A DNA stretch of 64,000 nucleotides, taken from the NCBI GenBank assembly GCA_963775685.1, contig CAVZJV010000014.1, positions 2,048,001-2,112,000 of the forward strand. The letters run 5' to 3'. Under the pieces are notes generated by a model. That model was not told where the DNA came from. It saw nothing but the letters and a program-made list of their open reading frames with translations, and made no database searches. Both the position numbers and the translations under genes were made by a program. How positions within the stretch are numbered: the stretch's first letter is position 1; each line of letters opens with the position of its first letter. This stretch comes from Candidatus Bathyarchaeota archaeon. GTDB taxonomy: Archaea; Thermoproteota; Bathyarchaeia; Bathyarchaeales; Bathycorpusculaceae. Below, piece after piece: positions 28,723 to 38,649 of the stretch.

Positions 28723-29604
28723 TTAAGTTTCAGCTTTGTGTTGCTTGCTATCTAAGACTTCTTTTAGCGTTGCCTGCATTTTCCTAGCATCTACATCCAA
28801 TATCGGCGATTCGCAAATCATAGTTGGGTGCATCCCAAAATCCGCAATCACCTCAGCCAGTAAACGAAACTCCGGCCCGAACTTTTCTTCGTCAAGGGTA
28901 TGGTGACGTTTTTCGCCTTGGTTGCTGAATTCGATTTTTGAGAAGTGACAATGCATGCTTCTGAGGACTTCTGTGCCGAGTTTCTGCTCGACTTTTTCGG
29001 CTACTGCGCGGAAGTCTTCGACTTTTTTTAGGGTTCCTTGGTGTAATGCATGCAGGTGCCCCCAGTCGATGACCAGTTGGGTGCCTTCAACTTCCTGGTT
29101 GATTGTTAGGATTTCGTCTAAAGTGCCAACTTGGAATTTCCTGCCCATGGTTTCGGGTCCGAGTTTAACTTTTAACCCAAGCGATTTCATTTCGGTGCTC
29201 ACTTCTTTAAGTGCGATAAGGCAGGTTTTAAAAGCGTAGTCTTTTTCGAATTTGCCATGGAAGCCCGTGTGGAAAACCACGACGTAAGCATTCATCCAGT
29301 CTGCAGCGGTTGCACATGCAATTAAGCGTCGCTTACTAGCTTCTACGACTTCCTTTTTGCCTGACAGGTTAATGAAGTAGGAGCCATGCATGCTCAACTT
29401 GACATCGTTTTTTTTTGCTTCTCCGCCGAGTTTTTGGGCGTCTTGCTGTTTTATCTGCGGTTTGGGTCCCCAGCGGGATGCTTGGTACTCTAACGCGTCT
29501 AGTCCCTCTTCGTGGAGAAGCTTTGGGACGTCAGCTGTGGTTGCGCCCATTAGCCGAAACATTGGCGGTATGCCTGCTGGACCAAATCGGGTGTGCTCTG
29601 CCAT
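28723..29604 (-). CDS. nfo: Endonuclease IV-like AP endonuclease (TIM barrel)
   Basis: RFGPAG, SMHGSYFINL, VVFHTG, GPETMG, IDWGHLHA, HCHFSKIE, ICESP. Confidence 0.8.
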   Translation of the reverse strand: MAEHTRFGPAGIPPMFRLMGATTADVPKLLHEEGLDALEYQASRWGPKPQIKQQDAQKLGGEAKKNDVKLSMHGSYFINLSGKKEVVEASKRRLIACATAADWMNAYVVVFHTGFHGKFEKDYAFKTCLIALKEVSTEMKSLGLKVKLGPETMGRKFQVGTLDEILTINQEVEGTQLVIDWGHLHALHQGTLKKVEDFRAVAEKVEQKLGTEVLRSMHCHFSKIEFSNQGEKRHHTLDEEKFGPEFRLLAEVIADFGMHPTMICESPILDVDARKMQATLKEVLDSKQHKAET

Positions 29605-29725
29605 TTGTATCCCTTCATCATATTGTTACGTTGGCAATAACGCTTTCTCTAAACAACTCCAACGTGACATTTTTTAAAAAATTGTTTTAATGCTCAGCGG
29701 TTGTTCACTAGTTTAGGAAGCAGCT

Positions 29726-30508
29726 TTAAAACATTTGAGTTATTGTAGGAATATGGCCAAAAAAGTGCACATAAACAGCTGCCACCACAATCCCAACGGT
29801 AAAAGCAATCAGAGCATAATCTCCCCTGTGCAATTTTAGCAAATACAGGTTTGTGCGTTTTTTTGTAGCTCCCCACGCGCGAGACTCCATTGCTTCCGCC
29901 AACTCAAGGCTCCTTCGGATTGCGCTGACAATTAACGGGATAAGGACGGGAACATAATTCCTGATTCTCTTGAGCAAACCACCCTTCTCCAGTTCTAATC
30001 CTCTGGCTTTTTGGGCATCCATGATTGTTTGGGCTTCTTCGGCCAAGACAGGGACAAATCGAACTGCGGTCGTGAATGCGAAGGCGAATTCGTAGGGCAC
30101 ACGGGATTCCTCGAGAGCTAAGCCTAAATGGTCAGGTGAGGTGGTCAAGAAGAACACAGAGAATGATTCTACAAGAACAACGAATCGCAGGGTCATTGCT
30201 GCCGCGTTCTCCACGTTGAAAGCCGTTAAATGGTAGCCTGAAGTGAAATAGGTCGTGGCAACGTTAACAACAAAGATGAAGGTTGCCAAAAATGCTGCTC
30301 CACGTAGCGAACGCAGCCACTGTTTCTGCACACGTGCCAGCAAAACAAAGGGGACTTGCATAAAGAACAAAACTATCAGGGGAATAATCTGGTTGAAAAT
30401 AATGGCGACGACAAATATGCCGATGACGTATGTGAATTTGATTCTGGGGTCTAAGTTGTGAATTGGCGAGTAAACTTTTCTGAACCTTAAGCCGTCAAAA
30501 ACGCTCAT
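29726..30508 (-). CDS. ecfT: ECF transporter transmembrane component T
   Basis: HNLDPRIK, RFVP, AQKARG, AMESR motifs. Confidence 0.9.
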   Translation of the reverse strand: MSVFDGLRFRKVYSPIHNLDPRIKFTYVIGIFVVAIIFNQIIPLIVLFFMQVPFVLLARVQKQWLRSLRGAAFLATFIFVVNVATTYFTSGYHLTAFNVENAAAMTLRFVVLVESFSVFFLTTSPDHLGLALEESRVPYEFAFAFTTAVRFVPVLAEEAQTIMDAQKARGLELEKGGLLKRIRNYVPVLIPLIVSAIRRSLELAEAMESRAWGATKKRTNLYLLKLHRGDYALIAFTVGIVVAAVYVHFFGHIPTITQMF

Positions 30509-31329
30509 TTAGCGTCTGTTCTCCTTGGCTTTTAGAATGATTTGTTTGGCTTCGTAGATGTCAATTATATCCTTGGGAAAACCAAGCGACGACAGCTTAG
30601 TGAAGAGTTGTGATATCTGAGGCAGAACAATGGAAGACATTTCTAGCAGGGCTGGGTCAGTAAGAATTTGTTTTCCTTCTCCGTCAGCAACAATCTTGCC
30701 TTCCCTCATCAAAACCACACGAGGGTTGCATTCAGCCACAAACTCCACATCATGGGTAACGGTAACCACGGTTTTCTTCTGAGTCTGCATCTGCATGATA
30801 AACTGCCGCAACTTTTCCTTCTGCTCGTGGTCCTGCCCAATCGTCGGCTCATCCAAAATTAAGTCTTAGGGTCCCAAGCTAAAACTGAAGCCAGCGCTAC
30901 CCGTTTTCGTTCGCCACCGCTAAGCAAGAAAGGCGAAGTTTTCCGGTACTGAGTTAACGATAGAAGGTTTAGTGCCCATGTGACCCTTTGCTCGATGACT
31001 TCTGGTATGAAACCGAAGTTTTTGAGGGCAAAAGCGATTTCTTCTTCGACGGTTTCGCTGAAGAGTTGATGGTCCGGGTTCTGGAAGACAAAGCCTACGT
31101 TTCGCGCTATGGCGGCAACGCTTGACTTAGTTGTTTCAACTCCATCAACAAGCACCGCTCCTTTGGAAGGTTTTAGGAGTCCGTTGAAGTGTTTAACAAG
31201 AGTTGATTTTCCTGCACCGTTCTGCCCCATGATGGCAACGAATTCGCCATCCTTTATGGTAAGTGAGACGCCTTTTAGGGCTTCAACTTTATTAAGATAA
31301 GAAAAACGAATGTCCTTTGCTTCAATCAT
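30509..31329 (-). CDS. ecfA2: ECF ATPase A2, split by a 1-base frameshift near 30861 (probably a sequencing error)
   Basis: Walker A GQNGAGKS, FQNP, LSGGE. Adding one base restores ...WDPKTLILDEPTIGQD (Walker B) and THD. Confidence 0.85.
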
Positions 31330-32177
31330 TGCTGCCCTAGTGCCTCCAGCAGTTGGTCAGCAAGTTCTTCAGAAGACAGGGGTGTACGGTCGCCCAAATT
31401 TAAGCCATCTTTTTTTAGCATCTGGTAGAGTAGCGTTGCCTTTGGGATTCCTACGCCGATTAAACGGGTTTCCTCGTTGCTTAAGATCTGTCTTGGGTCA
31501 CCTTCAAAACGGACCATTCCTCGATCCATTACGATAAGGTGATTAGCGTATTTAGCCGTCAAATCCAACCGGTGCTCAACTAGCACAACCGTTATTCCCT
31601 GCTCCTTGTTCAACCTGTAAATTACTTCAAAAATTTTCTCTGCACTCAACGGGTCAAGAAACGAAGTGGGTTCATCTAAAACTATGATTTCTGGTTCCAT
31701 CGCCAAAACAGATGCAATCGCAACCCTCTGCTGCTGCCCACCCGAGATTTCATGCGGAGACCGCTCGCGAATATCATAGATGCCTGTTTGGTTTAGTGCC
31801 CAATCAACTTTTTTGCGCATTTCCTCTCTGGAAACCCCAAGGTTCTCCAAGCCGAACGCAACGTCTTTTTCGATGGACAGGGCAAAGAGCTGGTTTTCTG
31901 GGTTCTGGAAAACTAAGCCCACGTGCTTTGCCATCTCATAGGTATGGTGTTTTAGGGTGTCGATTCCCGCAACCGAAATTTCGCCCTTGATTTCACCCTG
32001 GTAGAAATGTGGAACAAGTCCGTTGAAGCAACGGCACAGAGTTGTTTTTCCACAGCCGCTTGGACCCGTTATTAAAACAAACTCTCCCCTCTCCACCTTA
32101 ATGGAGACATCCATAACTGACGGTTTTGTGGCGCCTGGATAAGTGTAGGTGAGGTTTTTTGTTTCAATTATAGCCAT
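31326..32177 (-). CDS. ecfA1: ECF ATPase A1
   Basis: GPSGCGKT, FQNPENQ, ISGGQQQR, LDEPT, EHR. Confidence 0.9.
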   Translation of the reverse strand: MAIIETKNLTYTYPGATKPSVMDVSIKVERGEFVLITGPSGCGKTTLCRCFNGLVPHFYQGEIKGEISVAGIDTLKHHTYEMAKHVGLVFQNPENQLFALSIEKDVAFGLENLGVSREEMRKKVDWALNQTGIYDIRERSPHEISGGQQQRVAIASVLAMEPEIIVLDEPTSFLDPLSAEKIFEVIYRLNKEQGITVVLVEHRLDLTAKYANHLIVMDRGMVRFEGDPRQILSNEETRLIGVGIPKATLLYQMLKKDGLNLGDRTPLSSEELADQLLEALGQQ

Positions 32178-32228
32178 TTTTCTGTGCCTGCTCACCTTTA
32201 GCGTGAGAGTTTGCTCATTTAAGCGTAG

Positions 32229-33224
32229 CTACGCTTTTTTGGCTATTTTCTGCCTTAAAAGCATAAGGCACTGTTTGAGTGCATCTTGGATTTCTCCTTT
32301 GCCGCTAACCCCCGAAGCCATTGCATGTCCTCCGCCGACTCCATTCAGGAACTCCCCCAGCGGCGCTGCAATATCCACTCCTAAATGGACGCCTGCAATC
32401 TCATTGAATTGGCGTGTGCACCGAAGGCTCAACTCAACTTTTCCATCCTTCTTGCCTGCTACAGCTGACATGTGGGCACCCAAATCAACCAGAGCTTTAG
32501 CTGCAGGTGCTTGATATGCACTGACATGTGAGAGCGCAATTATCCAGCCTTCAACCTTTACGATTTTTGCTCGTTTGCATGCCTTCAATTTTGCTAATCT
32601 CTCTGAGGGGTCTATAGGTAGGGCAAACAACGCCAGCGTCTGCTGTGCATCAATTCCTTTCACGACTAGTTTAGCTAAAACTTCAAAAGTCGAAGAATTA
32701 GCCAGGGCAAAATGCCTCGTGTCGAACGCTATGCCAACAAACAATGCCTTTGCCTCGTTGAGGTTAGGCTCCACTTCTGCTTGACTGAAGAGTCGATAGA
32801 TTAATTCGCAGTTTGCGGCTGCTTTTTCGTCTACCATGCAGACCTTGCAGATTTGATTCGTTTCAGGGCTGGGTGCGTGGTGGTCTATGATTATTTTCGG
32901 CGAAGGCGACTTTCTTATCACGTCTGCTACTTCATCAAGTTGGTCGACGGTGTTCATGTCTAAGAGCACTATGGCTTCGGCTGATTCAATGTTGGGTTTA
33001 AGATTCACAGTTATAGGTAAATACTCAAAAAGTAGTTTAGCTGGTTTGTTGACGCCCTGAGGACAGCCAATCTCAAAAACAGTGTTTGGTAAAAAACGTT
33101 TCAGTAATCCCTGCAAAGCATAGGCTGAACAGATAGCGTCGGCATCAGCACTGCGATGACATAGCAACAAGACAAACGAGGCTTGTTTTTCCTCTAAAAT
33201 CTGAATTAGTTCTTTGAAGCTCAT
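32229..33224 (-). CDS. DHH/DHHA1 family phosphoesterase
   Basis: H..ADADA, IIDHH, DT, SLR, GGGH. Confidence 0.85.
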   Translation of the reverse strand: MSFKELIQILEEKQASFVLLLCHRSADADAICSAYALQGLLKRFLPNTVFEIGCPQGVNKPAKLLFEYLPITVNLKPNIESAEAIVLLDMNTVDQLDEVADVIRKSPSPKIIIDHHAPSPETNQICKVCMVDEKAAANCELIYRLFSQAEVEPNLNEAKALFVGIAFDTRHFALANSSTFEVLAKLVVKGIDAQQTLALFALPIDPSERLAKLKACKRAKIVKVEGWIIALSHVSAYQAPAAKALVDLGAHMSAVAGKKDGKVELSLRCTRQFNEIAGVHLGVDIAAPLGEFLNGVGGGHAMASGVSGKGEIQDALKQCLMLLRQKIAKKA

Positions 33225-33511
33225 TTTATATTTCTCAAAAAGTTTTCAGCTGCCTTCTGTCCTGCACCAGTGGCTTCCTTCACTATGATTTGGGCATCGA
33301 CGTTTTTTGTCTGCGGCGACAGGGCAACGTCGATTTCAACAGTTACGTTCACGGGTTTTGTTCCTTCCGCTTCCACGCTGATGTCTAGGCGGTCAATGTC
33401 TTTGCTTGAGACCTTGGATAAAACGTGCCGTCTGGCTGCGTCTTCTGCAGTCTGACATAAAAGTTCGATTTGCTCGGTGGTTAGCTCTGGGAATCCGAGC
33501 TCACCCATCAA
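33221..33511 (-). CDS. DUF3194-like small acidic protein
   Basis: G.PELT.EQIE.L...AE.AAR pattern; sits in the operon after prefoldin beta. Confidence 0.6.
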   Translation of the reverse strand: MMGELGFPELTTEQIELLCQTAEDAARRHVLSKVSSKDIDRLDISVEAEGTKPVNVTVEIDVALSPQTKNVDAQIIVKEATGAGQKAAENFLRNIK

Positions 33512-33525
33512 GCATCCGTCCCCTT

Positions 33526-33900
33526 TTAGGATAGGGGTTGACCTGAGACTGGGCTTAGGTCTTCTTGCAGTTTTGTTTGGGCTTCTTTAACTTGGCTGCG
33601 TATGCGTTCTTCTTGGCGTGCCATAACTGTGCTTCTTGTGTCCAAAAGTGACTTACGCTCTGCGAGTTCCTCGTTAACTTTTGTTTTCTCCGATTTGACT
33701 AGCAGTGAGCCAATGGCTTTGTAGATAACTGTTTCATCCGCTGTTTTTTGTAACTCTGCTATTGTTTGGTCAACTTCGGTTTTCTCCATTTCAACTTGCT
33801 GTTTCTGCGCCAAAATTGACTGCAGAGTTTGCTGGAGCTGTTGGAGTCTTAGAAGCCTTTCTTGTACATTAGGCGGTAATTTTGAGATTTCGTCACTCAC
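33526..33900 (-). CDS. pfdB: Prefoldin subunit beta
   Basis: LPPNVQERL.RLQQLQQ.L, coiled coils flanking IYKAIGSLLVK. Confidence 0.92.
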   Translation of the reverse strand: MSDEISKLPPNVQERLLRLQQLQQTLQSILAQKQQVEMEKTEVDQTIAELQKTADETVIYKAIGSLLVKSEKTKVNEELAERKSLLDTRSTVMARQEERIRSQVKEAQTKLQEDLSPVSGQPLS

Positions 33901-34662
33901 GTTTATTCCTTCCGTACCAGAAATGAGAGGAGCTCTTAATTAAGCATTTCCAACCTGAAGCAGAATTGCTTTTTCGTTAGCAGTTGCGGAAGAAAACTCA
34001 CCTATGCCGCAAAACAATCAATAGGTTGCTCCAACGGTGTTTTTCGGTCTAAGCAGGGTTCAGGTGCTCTCCGGTTGTGCGGGCGCCGCCACAAACAGCA
34101 CAGAGAGTCTACATTGGAGCAAGAGATAACTTGGCCAAAACTAAGCCAAATTCTTGATATTTAAATTATAAATTATCTATTTGGTGCTTCACATAGAGAA
34201 AAAGCGGCATATTGGAAAAATCGTAAAAATTATCGACACAATTTTTTCAATAGCTTTCGTCACCTCAGTTATCATTACATTAATTCTGTATTTTGAGCTA
34301 AAATCCCTTCTCCACTGCTCCCGCCTATCTTCTAATTAGAGATTATTTTACATTAAACGGAATAGCTACGTTAGAGTTGCTTTTCCTTTTCTTATCAATC
34401 GCCTAAATTATGACTATCGTTGCTAAGAGCTAAATAGACAAAGGAATTGAAAGATTAAGATATCGAAAAGCGTTAAGGTTTCAAACTCCTTAAGGTAAAT
34501 TAACTTGTCCAAAAGAAGCGCCGATGGCAAATACTGCTCTGTAATCGACAACAAAACCTTCAACCCAAAAGCAGCCCGACAAGCACAGCACAACCACTAA
34601 CTTTAATAAAAATCAGCGTTATCTTGATCCTTACCCTCTCTGTTAATGGCAACTATAGAACA

Positions 34663-34820
34663 CTCATCTTTCCTCATCTTTCCTCATCTTTCCTCATCTT
34701 TCCTCATCTTTCCTCATCTTTCCTCATCTTTCCTCATCTTTCCTCATCTTTCCTCATCTTTCCTCATCTTTCCTCATCTTTCCTCATCTTTCCTCATCTT
34801 TCCTCATCTTTCCTCACCTT
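34663..34820. repeat. 10-bp tandem repeat (TCCTCATCTT)n: 14 perfect units plus partial or degenerate flanking units
   Basis: Perfect units span 34671-34810; partial CTCATCTT before and TCCTCACCTT after. Confidence 0.97.
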
Positions 34821-34988
34821 TTTGAACCTCAACTTGCAGCCATCGCAAAGCCTAAACAACAAAACCAACCCAAAACAAACCCTGCCATTTTTGCAAAATC
34901 AACTGGTGTTGTTCTTCAATCAAACAGAACGAAATATTACATGGAGTTGAGAGCAACATCTGAGAAGATGGTAAAGCCTGCGTTTAAC

Positions 34989-36278
34989 CTATGGCGTTGT
35001 TGAGTTCCAATAGTAGATCTGCTGGTAGTTGGCGTGTACAATAGGGAAGAGTGAGTCATCGTAAACTATGTCAAGTCTGACGCCGTAGTAGGACAAAAGC
35101 CTGCTCGTTACCAACGCGGTCTGTTCGGTTCGGTTATCGGTTGTCCAGAAACCCCAGACCGTATCGTTTGGATTACGCAATCCCCACCCAAAGTTTTTGG
35201 GCAAAACCAAAGCAGCCAGCGGACTGCTTAAGTCTGTAGGTTCCTTGGTGGTTATGGTGTTCCAGAATTTTTCAAGCGCAGCAAAATGCTCATCGGTGAG
35301 GGTTCCATATGCGCCACCTTCGTATGGATAATTGAATATTGAGATGTATTTTGCCCCAGCCTGATAGGACTCCAACATTTGATTGTAGATTTGGTCGCCC
35401 CTGTCAAGATACGGCGGATTAGGGTATTTCCAAGTGATGATGGTGCCCCACTCTTTATTTTGCAGCCGCGCTGCACCCTTTACTAACGCTATTTGCTCAG
35501 CTACACTTGCGTTCCACCCTAACTCGGCAAACATAACGTCGTAGCCACCCATGTAATCCCACCAGTATAAGCCATAGTCCGACGTGAACGAGCGGATCCC
35601 TGAATACGTCAAATTTTCGATTCCAGGATCGCCCATAATGACCTGTTCTATAAAGAAGTTGGCTTCTAAATCATAGTCGTCTTGCGCAGGTTTAGTTCCG
35701 TTGTCGATGTAATTAAGCAATTTTAGGCGAATGTCCTCAAGCGATTGAGCCGCAGGAAAATCCACCTGACTCAGATTTTCCCCAACAACTTCATAGAATC
35801 GTCTCCAGGAAGCGTCGAGCTGGATGCCGCCGGGTTCATCGTTGTAATAAATGCCTAAGAATTTATTTCCCCAACGTTCAGTCCACCGCTGATTTATGTC
35901 GTCAAGGGAAGGTTGATTCCAGAACCATCCCCACGCTGAAGTGTTGCTTGCATCTTTGATTCCTAAGTTAACGATCACGCTCAAACCCTGAGAGACAGCG
36001 TAGTCGCAGATTTCCTCCACTTTTGTTTGGTTTTCGCTAATCGGGTTTCTGCCTGAATCCAAGATGAACAGGTTTGTATAGCCTTTGACTTTATCAATAA
36101 GCACTTGAGCTTGTTGGGTGGTGTTTCCACAAAACGCTATGCCTACGTATGTGTTTGGGTCGGCTTTGGCTTGGCCTATGCTGGACTGCGCCAAATAGAC
36201 CGCCAACATCGAGACTGATAAAACTGCTATCAGGAAGGCCGGAATCAGAAATTTCTTAACTCTTCTGGAACTATTCAT
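34989..36278 (-). CDS. Secreted or membrane-anchored hypothetical protein, possibly a glycoside-hydrolase-like TIM barrel
   Basis: N-terminal hydrophobic segment, GIYYNDEPGG, many Trp/Tyr residues, N-X-S/T sequons. Confidence 0.6.
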   Translation of the reverse strand: MNSSRRVKKFLIPAFLIAVLSVSMLAVYLAQSSIGQAKADPNTYVGIAFCGNTTQQAQVLIDKVKGYTNLFILDSGRNPISENQTKVEEICDYAVSQGLSVIVNLGIKDASNTSAWGWFWNQPSLDDINQRWTERWGNKFLGIYYNDEPGGIQLDASWRRFYEVVGENLSQVDFPAAQSLEDIRLKLLNYIDNGTKPAQDDYDLEANFFIEQVIMGDPGIENLTYSGIRSFTSDYGLYWWDYMGGYDVMFAELGWNASVAEQIALVKGAARLQNKEWGTIITWKYPNPPYLDRGDQIYNQMLESYQAGAKYISIFNYPYEGGAYGTLTDEHFAALEKFWNTITTKEPTDLSSPLAALVLPKNFGWGLRNPNDTVWGFWTTDNRTEQTALVTSRLLSYYGVRLDIVYDDSLFPIVHANYQQIYYWNSTTP

Positions 36279-36452
36279 CCTTAAGCCTTATTACAGTGTT
36301 GACTTTTCCTGCCTTAATGTTTTGCCCCAAATAGTTCCCAAAAGTTTTAATGTAAAGGCTTGCAGCCCCTGAAACAATTATTTGCCTTCAGCTAACCTTT
36401 GTGAAGTCTTTTTAAGCATCCAGAACACTAAAGCACACAGGGGCGAAGCCAA

Positions 36453-36827
36453 GTGGAACGTGCCAAAGTCATTAAAGAAGAAGTAGAACAACAAGGCAAC
36501 AATTTTCTAGCCGTCTATGTGGAAGCAAAAAACTCCATCATGATTATGCTTAGCGAAAAAGAAGACAAACTAGGTACCCTTGCAATCGCCGTTCCCAAAC
36601 CCAAAGACCTCATAGGCTCCGTGACTTCATCGGTGCTTTTGGGCGACAAAAACGTTATTTCTGCACGGATGTTTGCTGAATATGTGGCTTCAAAGAAGGG
36701 CAAAATTGCTATGGTCTCCGTTTATCTTGAGACAGTTTCTGAAGTTCAAGCACAATCGTTCTTTATGCATCTGGTAGAAAAGCTGCTTAAGAGTGAAAGC
36801 AGCCAAAAGGAACCCACAGCGATTTAG
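36453..36827 (+). CDS. Proteasome assembly chaperone 4 (PAC4/PSMG4)-like protein
   Basis: LGTLAIAVP...VTSSVLLGD....ARMFAEYVASKKGKIAMVS matches the PAC4 pattern L.NLAVAM...VSTSLLGD......LA.RLA.K..K.VFVS, recalled from memory. Confidence 0.55.
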   Translation: MERAKVIKEEVEQQGNNFLAVYVEAKNSIMIMLSEKEDKLGTLAIAVPKPKDLIGSVTSSVLLGDKNVISARMFAEYVASKKGKIAMVSVYLETVSEVQAQSFFMHLVEKLLKSESSQKEPTAI

Positions 36828-36847
36828 AACACTTAAAAGTGTCATTA

Positions 36848-37342
36848 ATGATTCGCAAGCTAACGAACAGCGATTTCCACGCAATCCTGACCGTGGTAAA
36901 CGATGCCGCCCTCGCCTACAAGGGCAAACTCCCCGCTGACCGCTGGAAAGAACCCTACATGCCTCCAGAAGAGCTGAAAGAAGAGATCCAGAGCGGTGTA
37001 CAATTCTACGGTAACATTAAAAATGGTGTCTTGGTCGCAGTTATGGGTATCCAACTTGCCAACGATGTCACCTTAATCAGGCATGCCTACACGATGACGA
37101 GTCAACAGCGCAAAGGACTGGGAGAACAGCTCCTTAATTACCTTATACCGTTAGCGGCAACCCCCCAGATTTTAGTCGGCACGTGGAAAACCGCGCCCTG
37201 GGCAACCAAATTCTATAAAAAACACGAGTTTGCACTGATTTCAAGGGAAGAAACAAATAAACTGTTAAGGAAGTACTGGCGTATCCCTGAGCGGCAAGTT
37301 GAAACCTCAGTTGTTCTTGAATACAAAAGGCAAAAGCTATGA
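36848..37342 (+). CDS. GNAT family N-acetyltransferase
   Basis: QRKGLGEQLL acetyl-CoA motif, A.KFY.K..F. Confidence 0.85.
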   Translation: MIRKLTNSDFHAILTVVNDAALAYKGKLPADRWKEPYMPPEELKEEIQSGVQFYGNIKNGVLVAVMGIQLANDVTLIRHAYTMTSQQRKGLGEQLLNYLIPLAATPQILVGTWKTAPWATKFYKKHEFALISREETNKLLRKYWRIPERQVETSVVLEYKRQKL

Positions 37343-38403
37343 AAACACTTCTCCTAAAAGTTAACCCGGAAAACCCCGACCCTGCAAAAATCAAGGCAGC
37401 AGCTACGATTATTCAAAATGGAGGGTTGGTTGCATTTCCCACCGAGACGGTTTACGGTTTAGGAGCAGATGCACTTAATCCTAAAGCAGTGTTGGCGCTC
37501 TTTGAAGCAAAGAAGCGTCCGCTGGACAATCCGCCAATCGTCCATATCGCGGATCCAAAGGATGTGTACAGATACAGGTTAGTTGTTGAGGTTCCGAAAA
37601 AAGCAGCGTTGTTGATGGAGAAGTTTTGGCCTGGACCCTTAACGCTGATTTTCAAGCGCTCAGACATTGTGCCCAAAGTAACGGTTGCGGGGTTAGAAAC
37701 AATCGCCATTCGAATGCCAAAACACAAAGTAGCCCTCGAATTAATCAAGCAAAGTCACCGCCCCATTGCAGCGCCCAGCGCGAACCTCGCGGGTAAACCC
37801 AGCCCAACCACTGCTCAGCACGTCTATGAAGATCTAAATGGAAGAATAGACGCAATACTTGATGGAGGGGCCTCGAACATTGGCGTAGAATCCACTGTTG
37901 TGGACTTAAGTGTTGACCCACCAACGGTTCTTCGTCCAGGCGGCACACCCTTTGAAACCTTAAAAAAAGTGCTTAACGACCTGAAGCTTCATCCTTTCGT
38001 TGAGGCTGAACATGAGTTGACGCTGCAGGAGATAAGGTCGCCTGGAATGAGGCATAAGCATTACGCGCCAAAAGCCAAAGTAATACTTGTCGAGGGACAA
38101 ATTCAGGCAGTTATAATTCAGGTCAAGAAATTATCAGCATCATACAGGTTGAAGGGCGAAAAAGTAGGTATCTTAGCTACCGATGAAACACAGGCTTTCT
38201 ATAAAGCAGATGTGGTTAAATCTCTTGGTAGTCGCGCAGACTTGACAACAGTTGCTCAAAACCTATTTCGCTCACTTCGGGAAGTTGATGCAGAAAACAT
38301 CGATGTGATAATCGCTGAAGGTGTATCTTTCGAAGGGCTTGGTTTGGCTGTTATGAATAGGCTCCGAAAAGCATCGGGATACCACATAATCAAAGCAGAA
38401 TAA
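37339..38403 (+). CDS. sua5: L-threonylcarbamoyladenylate synthase Sua5 (TsaC2)
   Basis: VAFPTETVYGLGA, K.RP.DNP.IVH, FWPGPLT, APSAN, ESTV, SPGM..KHYAP, SUA5 domain. Confidence 0.95.
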   Translation: MKTLLLKVNPENPDPAKIKAAATIIQNGGLVAFPTETVYGLGADALNPKAVLALFEAKKRPLDNPPIVHIADPKDVYRYRLVVEVPKKAALLMEKFWPGPLTLIFKRSDIVPKVTVAGLETIAIRMPKHKVALELIKQSHRPIAAPSANLAGKPSPTTAQHVYEDLNGRIDAILDGGASNIGVESTVVDLSVDPPTVLRPGGTPFETLKKVLNDLKLHPFVEAEHELTLQEIRSPGMRHKHYAPKAKVILVEGQIQAVIIQVKKLSASYRLKGEKVGILATDETQAFYKADVVKSLGSRADLTTVAQNLFRSLREVDAENIDVIIAEGVSFEGLGLAVMNRLRKASGYHIIKAE

Positions 38404-38649
38404 TGCTGTCGATGAATCAACAACAGACCCCCAAAAGTTACCTTAAAATAATAAATAAGCGATAAGGTGTTTATTTGTCAACTTTTTTATTCATAAAATT
38501 TTTTAATTTGAAAAATAGGTTATTGTCGGTGCAGAATTGTAATCACAAATTTTTAAATCTTGACACGAGCATAGAAAGTTAGTTGTAAACCATCAATGTA
38601 ACGATAAGATTTAGCAGTCAAAGACTTTTCCATAAACGAAAAAGCTCAA

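Noticed and set aside
34663-34820. CRISPR array
   Set aside because: Units are contiguous 10-mers with no spacers, and no cas genes are in the window.
34624-34950. 108-aa ORF with (LIFPHLSSSF)n repeats
   Set aside because: By-product of the stop-free 10-bp tandem repeat; weak TTG start and no recognisable domain.
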